34,977 nt of DNA from contig VGDA01000002.1 in the NCBI GenBank assembly GCA_016869915.1, positions 1 to 34,977 on the forward strand, given 5' to 3'. Origin of the DNA: Alphaproteobacteria bacterium. Lineage in GTDB: Bacteria > Pseudomonadota > Alphaproteobacteria > CACIAM-22H2. Below are positions 25,778 through 33,938 of the stretch, piece after piece. Within the stretch, counting starts at the first letter, position 1. Every line of letters begins with the position of its first letter. Both the position numbers and the translations under genes were made by a program. The notes below the pieces were generated by a model, which saw only the letters and a list, made by a program, of their open reading frames with translations, was not told where the DNA came from and did not search any database.

Positions 25778-26314
25778 TCAGCGCCCCGTCGAGGAGGCCG
25801 GCTCCTGGCGGCTCGATGCGCCGTCGAGGCCGGCGAAGACCGTGCGACGCTCGATCTCGGCGACGTTGTCCGGGCGCGCGAAGGGCTCCGGCGCGGGCTC
25901 GCCGGGGCTGCGCGGGCGGCCGATGCCCGCGAAGAAGTTCTCGAGGCCCGGCGGCGACAGCACCCAGAGCATCTTCATCTCCGTCGTGCCCTCGTTGACG
26001 AACTTGTGCTTGCGCCACGGGCCCAGGTAGATCGTCGTGCCAGGGCGGATGGGATGCGGCACGCCGTCGACATAGGCCGTGCCCTCGCCCTGCACGAAGT
26101 GTAGCAACTCCTCGTTCTGGTCGTGCCAGTGCTCGCGGATGTAGCAGCCGGGCGCGATGGTCTGGATGCCCATCGACAGCGTGCGCGAGCCGGTCATCTC
26201 CGGGGTGACGTGGACGTCGCTGTATCCGTTGGCGGGGACCGGCTGCCAGTAGCTGCGCGCCTCGCCGGGCTGAACGACCACCGCCTCGCCGCGCTTCGTC
26301 GCACCATCGTCCAT
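25778..26314 (-). CDS. Cupin domain protein
   Basis: 178-aa ORF with cupin motif 1 (PGCYIREHWHDQNEELLHFVQGEG) and motif 2 (GTTIYLGPWRKHKFVN). Ends 6 nt upstream of the hydrolase gene. Confidence 0.7.
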   Translation of the reverse strand: MDDGATKRGEAVVVQPGEARSYWQPVPANGYSDVHVTPEMTGSRTLSMGIQTIAPGCYIREHWHDQNEELLHFVQGEGTAYVDGVPHPIRPGTTIYLGPWRKHKFVNEGTTEMKMLWVLSPPGLENFFAGIGRPRSPGEPAPEPFARPDNVAEIERRTVFAGLDGASSRQEPASSTGR

Positions 26315-26391
26315 CGCGATGCTCCCTCGTGAGAAGACGCGCGATCCTAGCGCGGCTTGACGCGCCGCTTCCAGACGCCGCTAATCGGCCG

Positions 26392-27777
26392 ATGACCGAT
26401 CCCGCCGACCTGTCCGCCGTCGACATGCTTGCAGCATTCGCCGCGAGGCGCCTCTCCCCGGTGGAGGTGCTCGAGGCGGTCCTGGCGCGGATCGACCGCG
26501 CGGAGCCGTCGCTCCGCGCCCTCTACGCCCTCGATCCCGACGGCGCCCGCGCCGCGGCGCGGGAGAGCGAGGGGCGCTGGCTGCGCGGAGAGGCGCGCGG
26601 CCTCGAGGGCGTGCCCGCGACGATCAAGGAGAACATCGCCACGCGCGGCGTCCCCGTCCCGCTCGGCACGGCCGCGCGCGACCTCGTGCCAGCGCCCGCG
26701 GACGCGCCTCCCGCGGCGCGGCTGCGCGAGGCGGGCGCGGTGATCGTCGCCAAGACCACGATGCCCGACTACGGGATGCTCTCCTCGGGCCTCTCGAGCT
26801 TCCACCAGCCGGCGCGCAATCCCTGGAACACGGCGCTCAACCCCGGCGGCAGCTCCGCCGGGGCCGGCGCGGCCGCGGCCGCGGGCTACGGGCCGCTGCA
26901 TGTCGGCACGGACATCGGCGGCTCGATCCGCCTGCCTGCCGCGTGGTGCGGCGTCGCGGGGCTGAAGCCCAGCCTGGGCCGCGTGCCCATCGACCCGCCC
27001 TATTACGGCCGCGTCGCCGGCCCGATGACGCGCGAGGTGCGCGACGCGGCGCTGATGATGCGCGAGCTGTCGCGCCCGGACTGGCGCGATTCGATGAGCC
27101 TGCCGCCGCAGGCCATCGACTGGATGGACCTCAATCGCGACGTCCGCGGGCTGCGCGTGGGGCTCTGGCTCGATGCCGGGTTCGGCCTGCCCGTGGAGCC
27201 GGAGATCCGCGCCGCGGTGTCCGACGCGGCGCGGCGCTTCGCCGACGCCGGCGCGCATGTCGAGCCGATGGAGAGCTTCGTCACGCGGCGCATGCTCGAC
27301 GGGCTGGATGCGTTCTGGCGGCTGCGCAGCTGGACGGACATCTCCACCCTGCCCGCCGCGCGGCGCGAGAAGGTCCTTCCCTACATCCTGCGCTGGGCCG
27401 AGGGCGGGGCCGACCTGTCGGCCGAGGACGCGTATCACGGGATGAGCCAGATGATGGCGATGCGCGAGGCGGCGGTGCGCGCCTGCCAGCCCCACGACCT
27501 CGTGCTCTCGCCCGTCGCGCCCTGCGTGCAGTTCCCTGCGGAGTTCGCCGGCCCCACGAACGATCCCGCGCGGCCACTCGAGCACATCGGCTTCACCGTC
27601 GCATTCAACATGTCCGAGCAGCCGGCGATCTCCGTGAACGCGGGATGGACCCGCGACGGCATGCCGATCGGCCTGCAGATCGCCGGCCGGCGCTTCGACG
27701 ACCTCGGCGTGCTGCGCGCGGCGCGCGCCTGGGAGGCGATGCGCGGCCCGCAACGCCCCTGGCCGCGGATCGATTGA
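26392..27777 (+). CDS. Amidase (amidase-signature family, GatA-like)
   Basis: Start MTDPADLS at 26392 inside ORF 26329-27777. AS signature GGSSAGAGAAAAAGYGPLHVGTDIGGSIRLPAAWCGV, with the upstream catalytic Lys context TIKENI. Confidence 0.9.
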   Translation: MTDPADLSAVDMLAAFAARRLSPVEVLEAVLARIDRAEPSLRALYALDPDGARAAARESEGRWLRGEARGLEGVPATIKENIATRGVPVPLGTAARDLVPAPADAPPAARLREAGAVIVAKTTMPDYGMLSSGLSSFHQPARNPWNTALNPGGSSAGAGAAAAAGYGPLHVGTDIGGSIRLPAAWCGVAGLKPSLGRVPIDPPYYGRVAGPMTREVRDAALMMRELSRPDWRDSMSLPPQAIDWMDLNRDVRGLRVGLWLDAGFGLPVEPEIRAAVSDAARRFADAGAHVEPMESFVTRRMLDGLDAFWRLRSWTDISTLPAARREKVLPYILRWAEGGADLSAEDAYHGMSQMMAMREAAVRACQPHDLVLSPVAPCVQFPAEFAGPTNDPARPLEHIGFTVAFNMSEQPAISVNAGWTRDGMPIGLQIAGRRFDDLGVLRAARAWEAMRGPQRPWPRID

Positions 27778-27854
27778 ACCTTGCAAGGCTGCGCGGCGGG
27801 GATTAACCCCTCGCGGGCGGGCGCCATGCCCGCGACGCCGAGGAGAGACACCAC

Positions 27855-28491
27855 ATGCGCTTGCGCCCAGCCTCCGCCGCCATCGCCCTCGCGGCCACGG
27901 CCTTCCTCGTGCTCGCGGCACCCGCCCCGCCATGGCGGGAAATCCGCTCGACGACTCGGCTGCCTGCGCCGGCTCCCTGATCGGCAACGCCACGGCGGAT
28001 CTCTCGCAGGGGCGCGAGGACCGGTTCGACGAGGGCGTCGACCTCGCCTATGCCGGCTACCTCACCCATGTCTTCGCGGCCAAGGGCGCGTACAAGCAGG
28101 CCGACCTCGAGCTCGCCGACAAGATCCTCGCCATCAACACCGACCGCGTCATCTCTCGCAGGGCCGCGAGGACCGCTTCGACGAGGGCGTCGACCTCGCC
28201 TATGCCGGCTACCTCACCCATGTCTTCGCGGCCAAGGGCGCGTACAAGCAGGCCGACCTCGAGCTCGCCGACAAGATCCTCGCCATCAACACCGACCGCG
28301 TCATCGAGGCCGCGAATTCCAATGCCTTCGACGCCGAGGTCTACGAGCAGATCGTCGCCTGCTCGCAGTTCCTCGCGCTCCAGGTCATGCGCAACGCGGC
28401 CGTCTACGCCGACAACGCCAAGCGCATCGCCGCGCTCTCGGCCGACAACAAGAACCGCATCCGCAGGCTGGTGAAGGCCGGCCGCCGCTGA
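27855..28491 (+). pseudogene. Hypothetical (probably secreted) small protein; disrupted as written by a 152-bp tandem duplication and possibly a 1-nt indel after the signal peptide
   Basis: ATG at 27855 has a strong aggaga SD and encodes signal-like MRLRPASAAIALAATAFLVLAAPAP, but this frame stops at about 27980. The mature part MAGNPLDDSAACAG...DRFDEGVDLAYAGYL... starts at 27932 in another frame with no SD. It then shifts frame again at the 152-bp repeat and finishes in ORF 27781-28491. Confidence 0.45.
27999..28302. repeat. Tandem duplication, 152 bp x2, 2 mismatches (frame-breaking, hypothetical secreted protein)
   Basis: 27999-28150 versus 28151-28302. Mismatches at 28012/28164 (ggg/ggc) and 28024/28176 (cgg/cgc). 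Confidence 0.97.
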
Positions 28492-28503
28492 GGCGCGGCC
28501 CCG

Positions 28504-29538
28504 TCAGCTGCGCCAGGGCAGGACGCGGCCGGTGACGACGACGTGCTGGCCCTGGGTGACGCGCGCCGCCCAGGCCTGGGCGATGACGATGCCGTCGACG
28601 CCCGCGCGCACCGGCCAGGGCTCCATGTCGATGCGCTCGAAGTCGTGGATCCAGCCGACCACGTCGCCCGCCTTCACGGCGCTGCCACAGGCGATCGCCT
28701 CCTCGTAGAGGCCGCCGAAGGGCGCGACGGAGAAGCAGGCGCGGTCGACCATCGCGACCTTGCGCTGCGTGCCGTCGCGATGGTGGTCGATCTTCTCGAT
28801 GCGCCCGCCCAGCTGGCCATGGCGGATGGCGGCGGCGAGGACGCCCTGGCGGCCCCACCGCACGCCATTCGCCTGCACGGCCTCGCCCCAGCCGAGCTCG
28901 GTGCCGACGGTGACCTTGCCGAGGCGCTCGGCCTCGGAAGGCAGCAGCCCGGGTGTCTCGTTCTGGTAGCTCATCACCAGCGGCGTGCCGAACCAGCGCG
29001 CGGTCTCCTCGATGTCGCGCGCCTGCGCCGGGTCCTCGACCTCGTGGAAGCTCGCGACCTGCGCGAAGCGGGTGCCGCCGCCGGAATGGAGGTCGATGAC
29101 GACATGGACATGCGGCCAGATCGCCTCGCGCACGAAGGCGGCGATGCGGTGCGTGATGCCGGCGAGCGCCGGCGTCCGGCCCGCGCCCTCGATGAAGGCG
29201 CGGTTGAGGTTCACGCCGTCGTCGGCGCGCGATTCGCGGGTGCCGGCGCGGAAGGCCGGCGGGTTCAGCACCGGCACGAGGATGACGCGTCCCTCGACGT
29301 CCGCGACGTCGATCTCGCGCTGGAGGCGGTGCAGGACGACCGGCCCCTCGTACTCGTTGCCGTGGTTGGAGCCGAAGGCGACGAGCCCCCTGCCCGGCCG
29401 CGCGCGCGGCCCGACGAACACGGTGAGCGGGACGAGGTGGTCGCCCCAGATCGAGTCATGCTCGAGCGCGACCCAGTAGTCGCGCCTGCCGCGCGTCTCG
29501 AGGTCCAGCTGCTGCGGCTTGACGATCGGGCGGTCCAT
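28504..29538 (-). CDS. Succinylglutamate desuccinylase/aspartoacylase (AstE/AspA) family zinc deacylase
   Basis: 344-aa ORF with GSNHGNEYEG (HxxE zinc site), NLNRAF and DLHSGG motifs. Confidence 0.8.
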   Translation of the reverse strand: MDRPIVKPQQLDLETRGRRDYWVALEHDSIWGDHLVPLTVFVGPRARPGRGLVAFGSNHGNEYEGPVVLHRLQREIDVADVEGRVILVPVLNPPAFRAGTRESRADDGVNLNRAFIEGAGRTPALAGITHRIAAFVREAIWPHVHVVIDLHSGGGTRFAQVASFHEVEDPAQARDIEETARWFGTPLVMSYQNETPGLLPSEAERLGKVTVGTELGWGEAVQANGVRWGRQGVLAAAIRHGQLGGRIEKIDHHRDGTQRKVAMVDRACFSVAPFGGLYEEAIACGSAVKAGDVVGWIHDFERIDMEPWPVRAGVDGIVIAQAWAARVTQGQHVVVTGRVLPWRS

Positions 29539-29548
29539 GGCTCGCTCC

Positions 29549-30721
29549 TCAGTTGACGCGATGCGCGCGGATGAAGTCCTCGTCGACGCCGACGCCGATG
29601 CCGACCGCGTCCGGGATCGCGACGGTCCCGTCCGCCTCGAGGCGGAAGGGCTGCGTGGTGATCCCCCGCGTGAGCAGGCTCTGGCTGACGTTGAACTCGA
29701 CGAAGCGCGCGCGCGGCAGGGTTGCGAGCAGTTGCAGGCTGTAGCCGGTCAGCAGGTGCGTGAGCCAGGAATGCGGCACGAGGTCGATGCCCGCCTCCTG
29801 CGCGAGCTGGGCCACGCGCCGGGCGACCGTGATGCCTCCGCAGCGCGACAGGTCCGGCTGGACCACGTCGACGCAGCCCTGCCGGATGAAGCGCTCGAAC
29901 TCCCAGTGCGTCGCGACCTGCTCGCCCGCGGCGATCGGCACCGGCGAGTTGGCGCGCACCCAGGCATATTGCTCGAAATCCTCGGGATGGATGAAGTCCT
30001 CGACCCAGCCGACGCCGTGGGCGGCGAGCCACTCGCACATGGCCAGGGCCTCGCGCCGCGAGCGCGGCTCCCCCCAGCGCTTCCATCCCGCCGGATACCA
30101 GCCGGGATCGACGAGCAGCGCGCGATCGGGCCCCAGCGCCTCGCGCGCGGCGGCGACGAGCTCGCGGTCGCGGCCGGGATCCTCGCCGAACACGCCCCAG
30201 CCGAACTTCACGGCGCGGAAGCCCCGCGCGACATAGCCAAGCGCCGCCTCGCGCATGCCGTCGGGCGTCTCGCGGAACAGCGTCGAGGCATAGGCGACCA
30301 CGCTTTCGCGGCGCCTGCCGCCGAGCAGCGCGGCCAGCGGCATGCCTGCCGCCTGCGCGCGGATCGACCAGAGGCAGTTGTCGATCGCCGACATGCACTG
30401 CATGGCAAGGCCGCGGCGACCGTAATAGGCGCTGCCCACGTACATGCGGTCCCAGAGCCGCTCCACTTGCAGCGGATCCTCGCCGACCAGCATCTCGGAG
30501 AGCGTGCGGAAGCCGAGGATCGACATGCCCTGCCCGGCGATCACCGCGACCGCGGCCGGCGCGAGCGTCTCGACATCGGCCCAGCCGACCAGTCCCTCGT
30601 CGGTCGCGACGCGCACGACGAGCTGCCAGTCGCCGTTGTCGCTCGCCTCCTCGCCGCCGGCGGAGGCGCCATAGCCCTGCTGGCCGCGCAGCAGGATCGG
30701 CTCCACCGCGACGATCCTCAT
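29549..30721 (-). CDS. Enolase-superfamily enzyme (mandelate racemase / muconate lactonizing enzyme family)
   Basis: Start MRIVAVEPILL at 30719-30721 (ATGA overlap with the upstream gene). Shows a capping-domain plus barrel pattern with LLVDPG, WVEDF, AAGEQ and DVVQPDLSRCGGIT motifs. Confidence 0.8.
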   Translation of the reverse strand: MRIVAVEPILLRGQQGYGASAGGEEASDNGDWQLVVRVATDEGLVGWADVETLAPAAVAVIAGQGMSILGFRTLSEMLVGEDPLQVERLWDRMYVGSAYYGRRGLAMQCMSAIDNCLWSIRAQAAGMPLAALLGGRRRESVVAYASTLFRETPDGMREAALGYVARGFRAVKFGWGVFGEDPGRDRELVAAAREALGPDRALLVDPGWYPAGWKRWGEPRSRREALAMCEWLAAHGVGWVEDFIHPEDFEQYAWVRANSPVPIAAGEQVATHWEFERFIRQGCVDVVQPDLSRCGGITVARRVAQLAQEAGIDLVPHSWLTHLLTGYSLQLLATLPRARFVEFNVSQSLLTRGITTQPFRLEADGTVAIPDAVGIGVGVDEDFIRAHRVN

Positions 30722-32139
30722 GGCGCCGGCGACGCCATCATGAGGTCCGAGGCGAGGCGCACCGCCTCGCGCGTCAGCGCAGCTGCCGCCTCCGGCGCAT
30801 AGGGCGTCGCCCACTCCACCTCGTAGCCGCTGGAGCGGAAATCCTCGGCGTTGGGGACGTAGCCGTCCCAGCCATTGGTGTAGCCGCCGAAATGCAGGAA
30901 GGGCGCGGCGTCGGAGGCGCGGATGTCGGCGCCGATGCGCGCGAAGGGCTCGAGCGGCGCGCCAACGAGCACCGCGTCGCCGATGCGCGTGGCGTGCAGC
31001 TCGATGTCGACCGCGCGGCGATTGGCGCAGAAACGGCCCCAATGCGCGCCCATCTGCGCGCGCTTGGCGCGGAAATTGGCGGCCGCGAGCTCCGCCGGCG
31101 TGGCGACCGAGCGGTCGATGGCGCGCACGGCCGCGGTCGCGGCCTCGGACTGCGCGTCTAGCTCGTCGACGTCGCCATAGGCGCGCACGGGCAGCGCGAT
31201 GCGGCGGCTCTCCACGGCGAGGACCTGGGGCGCGGAAGGCAACTCGTCGTCGACCCAGATGCCGAGCGGCGCGCCGGACTCGACGACATGGTCGAAGCGC
31301 TTGCGGATCCGGCGCGTCGAGAGGCCGATGGCGACGCGCGCGGCGTCGAGGCCGATCTCCGTGCCCATGCGCCGCGGCGCGTCACGGTCGGCGACCAGGG
31401 CCTCGCGCGGGATCTGGTCGCCCGCGCAGCCCTGCAGGAAGAGGCAGTGCCCGCCGACGGACTGCTCGACGATGCGCTTGAGATGGCCGGGATAGTCGGG
31501 GCTCACGAGGCGGTTCCCGTGCGCGAGCACGATCGGATGGGTCCCGTATCCGACGATGGTCGCGATCGGCCGGCCGTCGAGCGCGTCGATCCTGAGGACG
31601 CTGAGGACGGGGTCGCGGTATCCGTCCCAGTTCTGCGACACGACCACGCGTCCGTCGGGAAGCGCGAGGCGGCGGTTCACCGTCACCTCGCTGCGCCCGT
31701 AGCCCGAGGCGCTGCGCGCCGGGCGCAGCGCGGCGCGAGCGGCGCGCGCGGCCTCGCGCAGCGCGTCGAGCACCTTCGCGCGATAGGCGGGCACGAGCTC
31801 CATGCCGGGAAGCTGCGCCTGCGTGCCGAAGCCATGCGTCGCCCAGGGCGGCCCGGAATGCGTGTGGGTGAAGGACAGCCGCACATGCTCCGGCGCGAGG
31901 CCGAGCTCCTCGCCGACCACGGCGCGCAGCTCGCGGCTCTCCTCGCTCGACATCAGCAGGAAGTCGAGGTCGACGATCGACGCGCGCACGCCGCCCTGCT
32001 CGAGCAGCAGGATCGTGGCCAGCAGCGGCAGGTCGATGCCCTCCGCGCGGTCATGCGTGCGCGCGCCCCAGTTGACATGCGCGATCCCTATCGGCGGCGT
32101 CATGTCCGCGCGGCCGGCGCCGGCCATGAGATGCGTCAT
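30718..32139 (-). CDS. Neutral/alkaline ceramidase-like N-terminal-domain hydrolase
   Basis: Start MTHLMAGAGRADMTPPIG at 32137-32139 with GGAGG upstream. FTHTHSGP and LQGCAGDQIP motifs resemble the neutral ceramidase zinc site. This is the C-terminal part of the spurious 1401-aa ORF. Confidence 0.6.
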   Translation of the reverse strand: MTHLMAGAGRADMTPPIGIAHVNWGARTHDRAEGIDLPLLATILLLEQGGVRASIVDLDFLLMSSEESRELRAVVGEELGLAPEHVRLSFTHTHSGPPWATHGFGTQAQLPGMELVPAYRAKVLDALREAARAARAALRPARSASGYGRSEVTVNRRLALPDGRVVVSQNWDGYRDPVLSVLRIDALDGRPIATIVGYGTHPIVLAHGNRLVSPDYPGHLKRIVEQSVGGHCLFLQGCAGDQIPREALVADRDAPRRMGTEIGLDAARVAIGLSTRRIRKRFDHVVESGAPLGIWVDDELPSAPQVLAVESRRIALPVRAYGDVDELDAQSEAATAAVRAIDRSVATPAELAAANFRAKRAQMGAHWGRFCANRRAVDIELHATRIGDAVLVGAPLEPFARIGADIRASDAAPFLHFGGYTNGWDGYVPNAEDFRSSGYEVEWATPYAPEAAAALTREAVRLASDLMMASPAP

Positions 32140-33935
32140 GGCGTCCTCCCCTTCTTCTTCTCGCGTGCCATCCTTGCCAGTGGCAGGACGAGGTCGTCGG
32201 GCGTCGTGCAGGGCGTGGCGCCCGCCGCGGCGATGTCGGCCGAGACGTCCACGGGCAGCGACGTGTTCGAGTTCTGCGGCACCTGGTTGAGGCGCCCACC
32301 GATGAAGACGGGGATCTGCAGCCCGGCCTCGCGCATTGCCGCGCGCAGCGCCTGCATGTAGTCGAGGGCGACACCGTTGTAGGTCGAGAGCGCGATCGCG
32401 TCGGCCCGGCTCGCGCGCGCCTTCGCGACGAGGTTCGCCGGGTCCGCATGCACGCCCGCGTCGACGATCCCGACGCCGACGCCTCGCAGGATCTCCTCGA
32501 TCAGGATCTTCCCGTATTCGTGGACGTCGGTGCAGGCGACGACCGCGCTCAGGCCGGCGCCCGAGAGGTCCGCGCGCATCGCCGGATCGAAGCCGCGGAT
32601 CTTCTTCTCGGCGGCGCGGGCGAGCGCCGTCATCGTCGTCGAGGGTACGTACGGCCTGCGCCCGCGTGGCGCCGCCGCGTCCTCGACGCCCGGCCCGTAG
32701 AGCTCCTCGAGGCGCTTCGGGCCGATGCGCCGGATGGCGAGCAGGAGCTCGAAGGCGTCGTCGGTGCGGATGCCGGCCTCGCGCAAGCCGGAGAGCACGC
32801 GGTCGCGGAAGCGCTCGCCGCCGGCGACGATCGCGTCGGCGATGGCGTCGGTGCGCGGCAGGTCGACCATCGGCAGCCAGAGCTCCGACTGCTCGACGAG
32901 CTTGGCGCAGACGAGCTGGACGTCGATCACCTCGTCGATGTCGGGGATGCGCACGCCCTCGGTGATCGGCACGGGATTGATCGCGTGGCCCGAGGGCATC
33001 AGCCGCTGGCCCAGCGCGTCGGCGAGCAGGTAGGCGCTGAGCCCGCCGTAGTTGGAGACGCGGTCGGCCTCGTAGACCACGGTGTTGCCGTAGATCATCG
33101 TGCCCGGCACCGCCTCGCGGCCGCGCGCCAGCGCGCGCTGGAAGGCAAGCCGCGTCGCCGGGTCGGTGAAGGTGTTGCCGAAGCAGTGCGAGAGGCGCCC
33201 GCCGAGCAGGTCCTCGACGACATGGCGCTCGAGCAGCGCGGCGCCGAACGTGCAGGACAGGTCCGTGAAGAGCGGCGCGAAGCCGTCGAAGCCGTCGTCG
33301 AGGTTCGAGTGGATCAGCACCTCGACCGGCTGCGCGGCCATGAGCGCCAGCGCCTCGACCGTCGCCTCGGTCGTCGCGACGTCGTCGTGCCACTCGGGAA
33401 GGCGGAAGGTGAAGTACTGGCCGAGATTGCCGACCGATGTCGCGCCGGCGGCGAGCGCGGCGACGGTGTTCTCCACCGCCGAGGGCATGCCGATCACGAA
33501 GTCCCCGAAATGCGGGGCCACCGGTGCCTCGGAGGTGAGCGCGACGAAGTCCTCGACGCCCTCGAGGATCATGCCGGTGCCGCGCCCGCGCTCGGCGCGG
33601 CTGGCGGCGGGATGGCCCATCGACCAGTCGAGGCAGATGCCGTAGCGGTCGACGCGCAACCCCTGGCGGTCGAGCGCGTTCCAGATCTCGAACCACGCGC
33701 GGCGGCTCTTCGACTTGTCCCGGAAGCCGATCTGCGCGTGCTGCATGATCGCGCCCCCGGCCATGCGCCTGCGCTTGTACTCGGCCTCCGAGGGCACGTC
33801 GTGGTGGGACAGGAACCTGCCGCGCGCCACCTGGGCGACGCGCGCGAGCGCGCGGCCGCGCGCGACGACCTCGCCGCAATCCGGCAGCGCGGCCTCGGGC
33901 AGGACCTCGGCGCGCGCGAGGGGACGGGCCGCCAT
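32136..33935 (-). CDS. Fused cobalamin-dependent mutase-like protein (N-terminal glutamate-mutase-E-like barrel plus C-terminal B12-binding domain)
   Basis: 599-aa ORF. The C-terminal ~138 aa carry the canonical B12 motifs DVHEYG (DxHxxG, 32511-32528), LSTYNG (SxL-like) and VFIGGRL (GG). The N-terminal ~430 aa show patchy resemblance to the glutamate mutase epsilon subunit by recollection (AIMQHAQIGF, GMILEGVEDF, AAGATSVGNLGQYFTFRLP). Confidence 0.65.
   Translation of the reverse strand: MAARPLARAEVLPEAALPDCGEVVARGRALARVAQVARGRFLSHHDVPSEAEYKRRRMAGGAIMQHAQIGFRDKSKSRRAWFEIWNALDRQGLRVDRYGICLDWSMGHPAASRAERGRGTGMILEGVEDFVALTSEAPVAPHFGDFVIGMPSAVENTVAALAAGATSVGNLGQYFTFRLPEWHDDVATTEATVEALALMAAQPVEVLIHSNLDDGFDGFAPLFTDLSCTFGAALLERHVVEDLLGGRLSHCFGNTFTDPATRLAFQRALARGREAVPGTMIYGNTVVYEADRVSNYGGLSAYLLADALGQRLMPSGHAINPVPITEGVRIPDIDEVIDVQLVCAKLVEQSELWLPMVDLPRTDAIADAIVAGGERFRDRVLSGLREAGIRTDDAFELLLAIRRIGPKRLEELYGPGVEDAAAPRGRRPYVPSTTMTALARAAEKKIRGFDPAMRADLSGAGLSAVVACTDVHEYGKILIEEILRGVGVGIVDAGVHADPANLVAKARASRADAIALSTYNGVALDYMQALRAAMREAGLQIPVFIGGRLNQVPQNSNTSLPVDVSADIAAAGATPCTTPDDLVLPLARMAREKKKGRTP
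33279..33296. repeat. Tandem duplication, 9 bp x2 (in-frame DGF-DGF in the B12 protein); may be natural
   Basis: gaagccgtc occurs at 33279-33287 and 33288-33296. It is short enough to be a native sequence feature. Confidence 0.5.
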
Positions 33936-33938
33936 GCC

